Positions 19,114-27,580 of a stretch of DNA of 64,000 nt are shown here, in pieces; the stretch's first letter is position 1; each line of letters starts with the position of its first letter. This DNA comes from a virus. Position numbers and translations under genes: made by a program. The stretch is from IMG/VR virus record IMGVR_UViG_3300044653_000098, positions 32,001-96,000 of that record; one strand, given 5' to 3'. Below the pieces are notes generated by a model. The model ran no database searches and was not told the origin of the DNA. It saw nothing but the letters and a program-made list of their open reading frames with translations.

Positions 19114-19462
19114 TCAGCTCCTGCTTCGTTCGATCGCGTCCGCGGCAAGTTCCATGATCCAGTCGGGGGCCGGGATGCCATAGAGAGACTTAGTGCTTGG
19201 GCTGTAGCTGAGGGACATCCACTGCTCGATCGGCCTGCCGGTGCCCCAGCGGCCCTTCACGGCTACGCGGGTGATGTCTGGCTTTTCTCCCACCTTGTAG
19301 CGCACGGCAACCCGCACCTGAGTGACCACGATCTCCGAGGTCTTCCGCTTGGCCCCTTCCGGGTAGCGGTGGACAAGGATCGTCGGCCAGCCCATGCGGC
19401 GTGGTCGTGCCCACACGTACTGGTCATCGTGGTAGCGGGTGAGGTCCGGCTCATTACCCATA
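19114..19462 (-). CDS. Hypothetical protein
   Basis: Start re-assigned to MGNEPD after a degenerate leader GGCCAAAGAACGGAGCC. Confidence 0.5.
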
Positions 19463-19507
19463 TCCTGGCTCCGTTCTTTGGCCAACTGCTCATACATTAG
19501 CACGTCT

Positions 19508-19525
19508 GGTTGACACGTGTCTACC
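19508..19525. promoter_or_regulatory. Cassette palindrome copy 3, bidirectional (TTGACA-N18-TAGGTT on +; TAGACA-N18-TAATGT on -)
   Basis: GGTTGACACGTGTCTACC between divergent genes; leader AGCCCAGTAAACGGAGGC at 19554-19571. Confidence 0.88.
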
Positions 19526-19574
19526 GACTCTGCTAGGTTTCTCTCATGACCACAGCCCAGTAAACGGAGGCCAG

Positions 19575-20516
19575 ATGGAAACCTACACGTTCGCCGACCC
19601 TGAGCTGTCCCCTCTGCCCATGAAGTGGGTCTGGGACGGTTACATCCCGCGGTACTGCATGACGGAGGGGTACGGCGAGGGCGGGACGATGAAGGGCCTC
19701 GGCATTCAGAGCATCATCGCCCTGATCACCCTCGGTGCGGACATGCCGGACGGCAGCCTCAACGGGTTCGGTGGTCCGCGCACCGTGATCAGCATCACGG
19801 GCGAGGATCTGCTGCGGCAGGGCATGGCCTGGCGCTACCGCGCGGCCGGCGCCGACACCCGCAATATCGTGGATCTCAGCAAGGACGAGAACGGCCGGCC
19901 CTTCAAGCTGAACGACGCGGGGCTCGCGCGCATCCGCGAGGAGATCGCCAAGATCAACTCTCACGAGGGCAAGTACCGGCATATGCCGGACTACGGCTTC
20001 CTGTACCTCGACCCCATGATGAGCATCGCGCCCCGCAGCGTCACCCAGAACACCACGTTCCGTGCGGTGCTGCTCGAACCTCTCGACGCGCTGTGCGCCG
20101 AGGAGGAGCTTGGCAAGGACGGCACGGGCTGCTTCCTCATGAACCACTCGACCAAGGACAAGAAGGTCGTGGCCGGCTCGGCCGCCGCAGTGCAGGGCCC
20201 GCGCATGGTTCTCGGGTTCCGCCAGAGCGACCGCAACCCGCTGTGGCGTGAGCTGTACCGGTACAAGACCAATATCACCGAGAACACCCCGGCTCCCGTG
20301 CCGTACATGGGGGAGGGCAAGGACACCAGTATCCGCGTGCGGTGGATGACGGACTCCTGGGAGCAGCGCCGCAGCGGGTCCGGTGTCCTGAGCCGGTACG
20401 GCTCGCGCGCCTCGGAGGCCATGGCTCCCGCGCCAGTCCCGGCCCCGTACGCGGCGCCCGTTCCGCAGCCGGCCAGCGTTGGCGAGATGTGGAAGAATCT
20501 CCAGTCCAGCATGTGA
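19575..20516 (+). CDS. AAA_25 / RepA-helicase-like P-loop protein with degenerate Walker A
   Basis: WVWDGYIP...GEGGTMKG; ITGED; RYRAAGAD; FLYLDP; MNHSTK...AGSAA. Confidence 0.7.
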   Translation: METYTFADPELSPLPMKWVWDGYIPRYCMTEGYGEGGTMKGLGIQSIIALITLGADMPDGSLNGFGGPRTVISITGEDLLRQGMAWRYRAAGADTRNIVDLSKDENGRPFKLNDAGLARIREEIAKINSHEGKYRHMPDYGFLYLDPMMSIAPRSVTQNTTFRAVLLEPLDALCAEEELGKDGTGCFLMNHSTKDKKVVAGSAAAVQGPRMVLGFRQSDRNPLWRELYRYKTNITENTPAPVPYMGEGKDTSIRVRWMTDSWEQRRSGSGVLSRYGSRASEAMAPAPVPAPYAAPVPQPASVGEMWKNLQSSM

Positions 20517-20535
20517 TGTAGCCGCGGAGGCAGTC

Positions 20536-20811
20536 ATGGAACGCATGGAGCTTGCCGACGCACGGTCCGGGCCCGCCCTGCAGGAGGCTGTGCGTCTTGC
20601 GCGCGACAAGCAGCGCACGACCGAGATCATCGAGGATGGCATGGTGATTGCGGTCATCAGTCCCGCGCAGAGCGCGGAGCCGGGCCACGCTGCCCGCGGC
20701 CAGGCACCGGATGAGATCGAGCAGGGCATTGCCTCAGCCTCCCGGCTGAGCGCTGAGCTTGGCCTGGAGCTGACCCGTGTCCGCGATCTCGTTGCACAGC
20801 AGAGAGGGTAG
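20536..20811 (+). CDS. Hypothetical protein, possible Phd/YefM-like N-terminus
   Basis: GGAGG before ATG; EAVRLA...TTEIIEDGMVIAVISP. Confidence 0.4.
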   Translation: MERMELADARSGPALQEAVRLARDKQRTTEIIEDGMVIAVISPAQSAEPGHAARGQAPDEIEQGIASASRLSAELGLELTRVRDLVAQQRG

Positions 20812-20818
20812 CTCACCT

Positions 20819-20836
20819 GGTTGACACGTGTCTACC
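20819..20836. promoter_or_regulatory. Cassette palindrome copy 4 (TTGACA-N17-TAATAT on +)
   Basis: Exact motif; leader AGCCCAGCAAACGGAGGC at 20859-20876. Confidence 0.88.
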
Positions 20837-20880
20837 GCACCATTAATATAGATCTATCAGCCCAGCAAACGGAGGCGATT

Positions 20881-21120
20881 ATGTGGAGACAGCGTAAGCC
20901 TGAGACCCAGCGCCAGCCGCATCCCGACCCGTCTATTGAGGTCGAGCTGCAGCGGATCATCTCGCTTCAGCGCGCGGCAGCCCGCAAAGAGACTGAGCTG
21001 GATCAGCTCCAGGAGCTTACCGGCAGGCTGCGGAAGGCTATGCAGGCCGAGGCTAGTGCTGTTACCAGCAACGGAGAGCGCCGCAAGCAGATCGACCGGG
21101 CATGTCGGCCGGACCGGTGA
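20881..21120 (+). CDS. Small coiled-coil hypothetical protein
   Basis: ATG follows the conserved leader; in frame with ORF 20821..21120. Confidence 0.55.
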   Translation: MWRQRKPETQRQPHPDPSIEVELQRIISLQRAAARKETELDQLQELTGRLRKAMQAEASAVTSNGERRKQIDRACRPDR

Positions 21121-21235
21121 GCTGGAGGCGGAGGTCGTTCGGCTCCATGACGAGATAGCCAACCGCCTCACTCCTATGCGCGAGGAAGACCGCGCGTACC
21201 TGTACGACTCCACCAAACAGAGAGGATGATGCGCC

Positions 21236-21784
21236 ATGAAAGGTATCTGGACCAGAAACCACTTCGACGTGGTTGCCGCGGTGCTGCAGCGTGCTGTCGA
21301 CACGGCTGACCACATCGAGGGGCCGCAGGGGAGCAGTGCGCACCGCGCGCTGGAGTTCGTGTGCGAGGCATTCGTCGCGGTATTCAATGCGGACAGCGAG
21401 CGCTTCCAGCCCGACCGGTTCCGCCAGGCGGCCGGCCTTGACCCCAAGGGCACCACGGTGCAGCTCGATGAGCGGGAGATGTTCTTCTACGAGCACGCTA
21501 ACTGGGCCGGGAAGTTCGAGGGGGAGTCCGCGGCGCACGCCCGCGGCCGCACCGCGATCTTGCTGGCCGACGCGGAGCGGTGCCTGGAGAAGACACCGGA
21601 CACCCGGATCGAGTGGGAGCCTGACCCGGCAGGCAGGGTTGGCACGGATTTCTGGGGTGCCTACCTGTACCAGGGCGGCAGGTTCCTCGGCTCGGATGAG
21701 GTGGAGCTGACCGGCGACCCGGAGAAGGACGCTGTTCGCAAGAGAGTCACCACTGCGATCCTCGCGCTGGAGTACCTTGCCTGA
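21236..21784 (+). CDS. Hypothetical protein
   Basis: TRNHFDVVAAVL...F.ADSERFQPDRFRQAAG resembles a recurring small phage domain. Confidence 0.6.
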   Translation: MKGIWTRNHFDVVAAVLQRAVDTADHIEGPQGSSAHRALEFVCEAFVAVFNADSERFQPDRFRQAAGLDPKGTTVQLDEREMFFYEHANWAGKFEGESAAHARGRTAILLADAERCLEKTPDTRIEWEPDPAGRVGTDFWGAYLYQGGRFLGSDEVELTGDPEKDAVRKRVTTAILALEYLA

Positions 21785-21877
21785 CAGGAGGTGAGTGGAC
21801 TCCACCTCGGAGCACCAGTTCTGCACTGCAGGCTGGTGCTCCGCTTTGTGTGAGGGTACTCCGTAAGGCCGTAGATA

Positions 21878-21895
21878 GGTTGACACGTGTCTACC
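21878..21895. promoter_or_regulatory. Cassette palindrome copy 5 (TTGACA-N17-TACCAT on +)
   Basis: Exact motif; leader AGCCCACCGAACGGAGGC at 21922-21939. Confidence 0.88.
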
Positions 21896-21943
21896 GTACC
21901 ACTACCATAGGGGTAGATGAAAGCCCACCGAACGGAGGCCACC

Positions 21944-22240
21944 ATGACAGCCATACGGGTCACTGTGGAGGCGATGAAGCATCCCGAGGTGCGGGAAACA
22001 CTGGAGGTCGATACTGATCTGCCGCTCCCGCTCACTGCGGACGGGGTAGCGCAGCTCTGGAACTCCCTGAACGGCCAGAGCAAGGTCACGGCCGCCGCGG
22101 GGTCGTTCTGGATTCGCCACGTGCGCGACGAGCACGGCGGTTGTGTGGAGTGCGGCAAGCTCGTCTCCGGCCGGTTCGGCCATGGCCCGTCGTGCTCGGT
22201 GCCGACCGGCGGCGAGCCTACCCCGGTGCTGTTCTCGTGA
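21944..22240 (+). CDS. Hypothetical protein with CxxC...H..C motif
   Basis: Starts after the conserved leader. Confidence 0.6.
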   Translation: MTAIRVTVEAMKHPEVRETLEVDTDLPLPLTADGVAQLWNSLNGQSKVTAAAGSFWIRHVRDEHGGCVECGKLVSGRFGHGPSCSVPTGGEPTPVLFS

Positions 22241-22457
22241 GGCCGCACCGCTGCTCGCGCCGGCTGTGCTTCCGCATCGCCCACGTCTGGGTGGGTGTCC
22301 CCGGCTACTGGCCAGCCCCGTCGACCGTCGGCCGGTGGAGCTGCCGCCGGCATGCCAAGTACATCCAGAGCGCGATGAACGTGGCGCTCCGGTTCCCCGC
22401 CTAGGTGGGCTGGCCACGGTACTCCGATTATCCGTATGAGCAGAGAGGAGGCAGTTC

Positions 22458-22673
22458 ATGATCATTCGTACGGCTGGTGAGCCCGACCTAGGCCGGGCCG
22501 AGATCCTGCACGAGCTTGCGTGGGCTGCCTACGATGCCTCTATCGAGGAAGTAGCAGACGGCGCCTCCCTCGCTGAGGTAGAGACTGCAGCCCGGCGTGT
22601 CGACACGTCCGCGGTCAACCTCGCGGACACCTGCCAGGCGGCCGGCCTCACGCCGGTTGCACAGCCCGCCTAG
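22458..22673 (+). CDS. Small acidic hypothetical protein
   Basis: GAGGAGG SD. Confidence 0.5.
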   Translation: MIIRTAGEPDLGRAEILHELAWAAYDASIEEVADGASLAEVETAARRVDTSAVNLADTCQAAGLTPVAQPA

Positions 22674-22750
22674 CGGGTACCTTGATTGAGCCCGGTAAAA
22701 ACTAACTCAAGCCTGCTTGAGCATGTCTCTGCAAAGCCGGGCACAGCGCG

Positions 22751-22790
22751 CGGGCCCGGGATTAGCTACCCCGGGCCCGTTCGTTTCTCT
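22751..22790. terminator. Hairpin terminator between convergent genes
   Basis: CGGGCCCGGG-loop-CCCGGGCCCG followed by TTCGTTT. Confidence 0.65.
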
Positions 22791-22791
22791 C

Positions 22792-23100
22792 TCAGACCTC
22801 TGGCCGGCTCGGCCACGGAAACGCGCGCTGCAGCTCGGTCAGGTCGTATGGCGGCTCGTCCGGCGTCACGAGCGTGAAGTCCTGCACATCCACGATCGGG
22901 TACCCGGCAGTCTCAGCCTGTGCGGCCGCCTCGTCGCTGTCGCGCGCCTGGTAGCTCGGCCCGGTCCATCCGCTAGGGGCCATCACTGTGTACGTCTCCA
23001 GGCAGCTCTGCGGGCCGGGCTGAGCGGCCTCCTCGCCGGGCCCGTCTGGCTGGCCCGCGGCCTGCATGCGGAGGAGGTCTTTGGTCTGCTGTGCGTCCAT
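22792..23100 (-). CDS. Acidic hypothetical protein
   Basis: GAGGAG SD; 102 aa. Confidence 0.55.
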   Translation of the reverse strand: MDAQQTKDLLRMQAAGQPDGPGEEAAQPGPQSCLETYTVMAPSGWTGPSYQARDSDEAAAQAETAGYPIVDVQDFTLVTPDEPPYDLTELQRAFPWPSRPEV

Positions 23101-23103
23101 CGC

Positions 23104-23637
23104 TCAGCTCTCCTCATCCAGCACGATCCAGGTCTTGCCTTCCAGCGCACTGGGCTCCACGCGGGCCGGGTACTCCGATCCGTCGCGTGCCCGGACCAGC
23201 AGCGGAAGCTCCCTCGTCAGCGCGGGATTGGTTGCCGGGATGATGATTTCTCCGGCCGCTTCGATCAGGTCTGCGGGTGTGGCAGGCAGAGACACCACGG
23301 TGCTCTCAGCGAAGAGCAAGATCCGGAACGCGCTGTCGGCGATCTCCAGGACTTCCGCGCTCCCCTCCTCGTCCGGATCGCTGTCGAGAACCGGCTGTGA
23401 GTAGGCCGGCGGGATGATCCGGGAGGCTGACCACGAGTCTTCTGCGGCAACCTCTCCGTCCTCGTCGCGCACGGTGATCTCGCCTCCGCTGATTACCCTC
23501 CACATGTCTTCACGCGGCAGCTCGTAGCTGGAGCTGGCCACGATCCGCGCGGCTTCCTCCGCGTTCTCGGCTACGATGGTCACGTTTGAAACGATGGTCC
23601 GGGCAATCTCCACATCAAACTCTGTCATGGTCATCAC
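23104..23637 (-). CDS. Highly acidic hypothetical protein
   Basis: 177 aa, D/E-rich; degenerate leader ACCAGAACGGAAG. Confidence 0.6.
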   Translation of the reverse strand: MMTMTEFDVEIARTIVSNVTIVAENAEEAARIVASSSYELPREDMWRVISGGEITVRDEDGEVAAEDSWSASRIIPPAYSQPVLDSDPDEEGSAEVLEIADSAFRILLFAESTVVSLPATPADLIEAAGEIIIPATNPALTRELPLLVRARDGSEYPARVEPSALEGKTWIVLDEES

Positions 23638-23687
23638 TTCCGTTCTGGTTTGGTCTTGGGGGTCTCCGGGTCGGCCGAGAGGTGCGC

Positions 23688-24179
23688 TCAGCGCACCCAG
23701 TAGTCGACTCCGCCGAAGCTGACCGTGGAGTAGTCGATCTTGAGTTCGTCGGCCGCCGCTTCCCAGTCGATGCAGTTGACCGGCCAGTTGGCGTCCTTGT
23801 CGATCGCGCCTATGTCGTCGGCAAGCTGTTCCGCGTACTCCTCGAAGTAGCTGTCGCGGATGAGCGTGGCCCCGTGCTTCCAGTCGCCCGCGTTGCTCTC
23901 TCCGTCGCTGGCAAGCTCGCGGAGCTGCTCCAGTTCTTCCGTCTGGTCCTCGTCCAGCCCGACCCCGTACTCCTCTGCCTGCTCGCGCAGGCTGGCCAGC
24001 TCGGCCGCCTCGTCGTCGGACACCCCTGGGTCTGTCTCCAGTGCGCGCAGTTCCGCGAGTCGGCGCTCTTGCGCTTCCAGCTCGGACAGCTCTTCGATCC
24101 GCGCGATCACGTCGCGGCTGTCAATCAGGTCCTCGTCATTGGTGATCGGTTCGGTAGCTGTGATCTCTGCCATGTCCAT
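23688..24179 (-). CDS. ArdA-like acidic antirestriction / DNA-mimic protein
   Basis: Very D/E-rich; FEEYAEQLADDIG...CIDWEAAADELKIDY resembles the ArdA C-terminal region; leader at 24181-24198. Confidence 0.65.
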   Translation of the reverse strand: MDMAEITATEPITNDEDLIDSRDVIARIEELSELEAQERRLAELRALETDPGVSDDEAAELASLREQAEEYGVGLDEDQTEELEQLRELASDGESNAGDWKHGATLIRDSYFEEYAEQLADDIGAIDKDANWPVNCIDWEAAADELKIDYSTVSFGGVDYWVR

Positions 24180-24219
24180 CGCCTCCGTTTACTGGGCTGT
24201 GCTCACAGCTTAGCTGACA

Positions 24220-24237
24220 GGTAGACACGTGTCAACC
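24220..24237. promoter_or_regulatory. Cassette palindrome copy 6 (TTGACA-N17-TAAGCT on -)
   Basis: GGTAGACACGTGTCAACC. Confidence 0.88.
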
Positions 24238-24272
24238 AGTTAGGGAACTCCGGGAGAGGGCATAATAGAGCC

Positions 24273-24437
24273 GTGACCATTCTGGTGCTCAGCCTCCTGG
24301 CCCTGGCCTACCTGTGCCGCCGGCCGCTCGGCGCGTGGATGCTGAGCAAGCTCACGCGCCTGGCGGTCAAGCTCCGCCCGTTCGGCATCGCCTATGTGCT
24401 GATGCTCGCGTTTTTCTTTGGCGTCCTGCACGTCTGA
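24273..24437 (+). CDS. 54-aa two-helix membrane protein
   Basis: VTILVLSLLALAYLC...FGIAYVLMLAFFFGVLHV; CATAAT-N6-GTG; hairpin right after the stop. Confidence 0.5.
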   Translation: MTILVLSLLALAYLCRRPLGAWMLSKLTRLAVKLRPFGIAYVLMLAFFFGVLHV

Positions 24438-24470
24438 GGGCCCGCCCAGACGCATCTAGGCGGGCCCTTC
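24436..24470. terminator. Hairpin terminator between convergent genes
   Basis: AGGGCCCGCCCAGA-CGCA-TCTAGGCGGGCCCT. Confidence 0.65.
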
Positions 24471-24483
24471 GTGCGTTCGTGCG

Positions 24484-25158
24484 CTACTCCTCGTCGTCCT
24501 CGTAGAGCTTGACCTGTGCGCGCTGCTCTCCGTCGAAGAACTCGCGCTCTCCGTAGCTGCTGAGGATCAGGCCGAGAGTGCCGTAGTCGGCCACCACGGT
24601 TCCCTCGGTCCACAGCACCGGCTCCTGAGAGGGGTCCGAGGTGAACGTCACGGTGTCGTCCTCGGAGAACTGGACACCCTCCAGCGGCTTCATCTTGAGC
24701 GCGTCGGGCCCGTCCTCCTGGAACGCGTAGACCTCCTCCCCAATGTTGTCCGAGGTGCCGCGCTCGTCCTGGTACCACGCGTTGGGGTAGTACCCGGATT
24801 CCACCATGAGCTTGGCCAGCTCGTAGGTGGCAATCTCGCGCGTGGGGTAGCCCGGCTCCTGCCAGTTGGCCGGCCGGTGCGTGCTCTCCATGACCACGCG
24901 GTAGGCGCCGCGGTCCTCGGTTACGTAGCCATCGAACTCGTCGGGCAGGTCTTGCCAGCCGTCGACCAGTTCTTTGGCCTCTTCTGCGGCGTCCTGGAGC
25001 GCGCCGAGTAGTGCGTCCGCGTCGCTGGAGAACCGGCCGCAGTTGATCTCCACGTCTCCGTCCTCGTCTTCCACGTCGATCGTGAGGATGATGCCGCCGT
25101 CCTCGTCGTCCTGCCGGACGATCTTGAAAGAGGGGTTTCCGTGCAGTGTGAGCTTCAT
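24484..25158 (-). CDS. Highly acidic hypothetical protein (candidate DNA mimic)
   Basis: 224 aa, very D/E-rich; leader at 25163-25180. Confidence 0.7.
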   Translation of the reverse strand: MKLTLHGNPSFKIVRQDDEDGGIILTIDVEDEDGDVEINCGRFSSDADALLGALQDAAEEAKELVDGWQDLPDEFDGYVTEDRGAYRVVMESTHRPANWQEPGYPTREIATYELAKLMVESGYYPNAWYQDERGTSDNIGEEVYAFQEDGPDALKMKPLEGVQFSEDDTVTFTSDPSQEPVLWTEGTVVADYGTLGLILSSYGEREFFDGEQRAQVKLYEDDEE

Positions 25159-25201
25159 GTGCGCCTCCGTTTACTGGGCTATGGCAGCAGCTTAGCTGAT
25201 A

Positions 25202-25219
25202 GGTAGACACGTGTCAACC
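25202..25219. promoter_or_regulatory. Cassette palindrome copy 7 (TTGACA-N17-TAAGCT on -)
   Basis: Exact motif. Confidence 0.88.
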
Positions 25220-25251
25220 AAAAGGCCCCCGGAAGTTAGATCCGGGGGCCT
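25220..25251 (-). terminator. Intrinsic terminator of the upstream cassette
   Basis: AGGCCCCCGGA-loop-TCCGGGGGCCT with a T run on the minus strand, abutting the palindrome. Confidence 0.8.
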
Positions 25252-25267
25252 CCGTAAGGCCGGAGCG

Positions 25268-25663
25268 CTAGGAGACCAGCGCGAGGAATGGCGCTGTGGA
25301 CTTCGGCCGGCGGTATGGCGCGTACTGCCGTACCTGCCTGATGAAGTCAGCGCACCCCTTGTACTGGCCGATGATCGCATCCGGGTCGATCTTGAAGAGG
25401 TGCGCGATCATCCAGCCGTAGTCATCCCACGACGCGGCGCGCGCCTCGTCATCCAGCGGATAGCTGCCGATCGTGCGGTGTGCGGTCGGCCTCGTGCCGT
25501 TGTGGCTGTAGGCATAGAACTGCACGCCATGGCTGTAGCCGGCCAGCCGCGGGCGGAAGTCCTGAACATCGTCGGGCCAGATGTCGGCCCCGTTCAGCAG
25601 ACGCGCCAGGCGGAAAGCCTCGCGCACGTCGTCTGAGGTGATTTTGGTGCTGTAGACCTTCAT
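25268..25663 (-). CDS. Hypothetical protein
   Basis: 131 aa; AASWDDYGWMIAHLF.IDPDA; leader at 25671-25688. Confidence 0.7.
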   Translation of the reverse strand: MKVYSTKITSDDVREAFRLARLLNGADIWPDDVQDFRPRLAGYSHGVQFYAYSHNGTRPTAHRTIGSYPLDDEARAASWDDYGWMIAHLFKIDPDAIIGQYKGCADFIRQVRQYAPYRRPKSTAPFLALVS

Positions 25664-25716
25664 GGGCTCGGCCTCCGTTTAGTGGGCTTGGCTTCCATCA
25701 CCTATCTAAGCACATT

Positions 25717-25734
25717 GGTAGACACGTGTCAACC
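25717..25734. promoter_or_regulatory. Cassette palindrome copy 8 (TTGACA on -)
   Basis: Exact motif. Confidence 0.85.
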
Positions 25735-25814
25735 ACCTAGGGAACTCCGTAAGGCCGGAGGCAGCAAAGACCGCCCGCACCGGCAGGCACGAGCGGTCTC
25801 TAGCCTCGATGCAG

Positions 25815-26111
25815 TTATTCCGCGCGCTCGTGCACAGCCTTGGTCATGTCCGGCTCCGCGTAGGTGCCTTCGGGCAGCCCGCCCGACCGGCGCCCGGTCT
25901 TGTAGGACGCCACGTCATCCGCGTGCACGTAGAAGACCAGCGTGCCGTGCTCCGGGAAGCTAGAGCGCACGTACAGCGCCGGAGCGTCCAGCTCAGCCCC
26001 GTGTGCGTCCGTGTCCATGGCCAGAACTTCCGGCCAGCCTGTCTCCTCCGGCTGAGTCAGCTCCAGCCCATCCGCGGGACCTTCGAGCAATTCCGCAAAC
26101 ATGTCATCCAT
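25815..26111 (-). CDS. Acidic hypothetical protein
   Basis: 98 aa; GGAG SD. Confidence 0.5.
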   Translation of the reverse strand: MDDMFAELLEGPADGLELTQPEETGWPEVLAMDTDAHGAELDAPALYVRSSFPEHGTLVFYVHADDVASYKTGRRSGGLPEGTYAEPDMTKAVHERAE

Positions 26112-26309
26112 GTGATCAGCTCCATTCTCCGATGCATCTATTTTGGCAACAGGCCAAGCTCGCGCATGTCCTCCATCACCACCCCGAACGGGCTGGAGCC
26201 GTCCGGGATCGCTGCCACGCGCCTGGCGAGATCAGTCAGGTACAGCCGCACCGCAAGCGCGTAGGTCTCAGGCGTGCCATGGAATTGCCAGGGCACGCGC
26301 ACGGCCGGC

Positions 26310-26669
26310 TCATCCGTCGTTGCCATGCGCCTCCTCGTTCGTCCAGCGCGGCACGTGGGGCCCGTTGCCGGCCGGATAGCAGTGATCATCCCCGGACGTG
26401 TCGAATACGTGTCCGTCGCTCGCTAGGTGCACGTAGTCACCACAGCCGCGACAGGTCACACCAGGGAGGTGCGGGGATACCTGAATCAGGAACTGTGAGC
26501 CGGCCGCGTCGGTGTAGATGAAGGACGCGCCCGTGTTCCATTCCTCCGGCTCAGAGCATCCGCTCAGGATGAGATCTCCGCTCGACAGCTCTTGCGCTAT
26601 GTAGATCGCACGCTCCGGCTTGGCCTGTGCGTAGAACTCATCCCGCAAAGGATCATGCTGTGTCGTCAT
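26310..26669 (-). CDS. Hypothetical protein with CxxC
   Basis: Start re-assigned to MTTQHDPL. Confidence 0.5.
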   Translation of the reverse strand: MTTQHDPLRDEFYAQAKPERAIYIAQELSSGDLILSGCSEPEEWNTGASFIYTDAAGSQFLIQVSPHLPGVTCRGCGDYVHLASDGHVFDTSGDDHCYPAGNGPHVPRWTNEEAHGNDG

Positions 26670-26688
26670 CTTGCTTCCGATGCACTTC

Positions 26689-27054
26689 TCAGAAAAGCTT
26701 GGCGGGCCGGTGCAGGTTGCGGCACAGCCCGCAGCGGAACACTCCGGTTGCATAGGGCATGCCGTTGTCATGGCTGGAGTACTGCGGCTCTTGGTGCCCG
26801 GGCGTGGCGTGGCACCGCGGGCAGTAGACACCCCCGTCCGTGTCGCCTACGGGGTTGCCGGTGCCGTCACAGATCACGCCGTGCTCGTTCAGCCGGTAGG
26901 TCAGCACGAGCGCGCCGTCGGCCCCCTCTTGCAAGATCACGCCTGGCCGCTGCCACACGTGCACGAGCATGCGCAGCGCTGCACGCGGGGAGGGCAGGCC
27001 GGCCGCGGTGCGCAGCGTGGGGGAATCGTTGCGCGCTACCGCGTAGCAGATCAT
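26689..27054 (-). CDS. Zn-ribbon hypothetical protein
   Basis: CPRC...CGLC; ATGA overlap with upstream gene. Confidence 0.55.
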   Translation of the reverse strand: MICYAVARNDSPTLRTAAGLPSPRAALRMLVHVWQRPGVILQEGADGALVLTYRLNEHGVICDGTGNPVGDTDGGVYCPRCHATPGHQEPQYSSHDNGMPYATGVFRCGLCRNLHRPAKLF

Positions 27055-27458
27055 GCGGACACCGCGCGGAAGATCTCAGCGCGCTGAGCGTCCGTCCAGT
27101 CCCCTACCACGTAGACGCTTACCTCTTCCTTTTCCGTGGTGTAGTTGTCCGGCAGGCTGCAGCTCAGCCACGCATGCGCGCTCAGCTCCGCGGGCACGGG
27201 GCTTACGCTTGGCTCGTAGGCTCCGGTGCGCTGGATACGCTCCACAGCCCACGCCACGCGCGCCGCGCTCTCGCGCTTGGACGCTCCGAGGTAGCGGCGC
27301 ACGCTGTACCACGGAAGTGGCTCCGGCCCGTCAAACTCAGGATCGTAAGCTTCCGTGTCGGTGCCATGGTCCCGGATCTCGCGGGAATCGCCTTCCATCC
27401 ATTCCCCCTCTTCTGAGTAGGGGTCAATGGTGCGCCGGTAGATCTGAATTTCGTACAT
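27051..27458 (-). CDS. Hypothetical protein
   Basis: 135 aa; leader at 27463-27479. Confidence 0.7.
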   Translation of the reverse strand: MYEIQIYRRTIDPYSEEGEWMEGDSREIRDHGTDTEAYDPEFDGPEPLPWYSVRRYLGASKRESAARVAWAVERIQRTGAYEPSVSPVPAELSAHAWLSCSLPDNYTTEKEEVSVYVVGDWTDAQRAEIFRAVSA

Positions 27459-27504
27459 GCTGGCCTCCGTTTGTGGGCTTGCTGTGTCCTCATTGTCTCA
27501 TGCC

Positions 27505-27522
27505 GGTAGACACGTGTCAACC
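27505..27522. promoter_or_regulatory. Cassette palindrome copy 9 (TTGACA-N17-GACAAT on -)
   Basis: Exact motif; followed by hairpin ACGGAGCCCCG...CGGGGCTCCGT (about 27528-27563). Confidence 0.85.
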
Positions 27523-27580
27523 ACAGCACGGAGCCCCGCACCTCTGCAGGCACGGGGCTCCGTACGGGCTTAGGCGGCCC

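Noticed and set aside
19508-19525. Palindrome as a LexA SOS box
   Set aside because: Does not match the actinobacterial TCGAAC-N4-GTTCGA consensus.
20821-20880. ORF-track starts at 20821, 21917, 29788, 32039, 32705, 34706, 42519
   Set aside because: They run through promoter or leader elements; starts were moved to the ATG after the conserved leader or SD.
22597-22606. GTGTCGACAC palindrome as another motif copy
   Set aside because: Different arrangement, inside a CDS, no -10 or leader.
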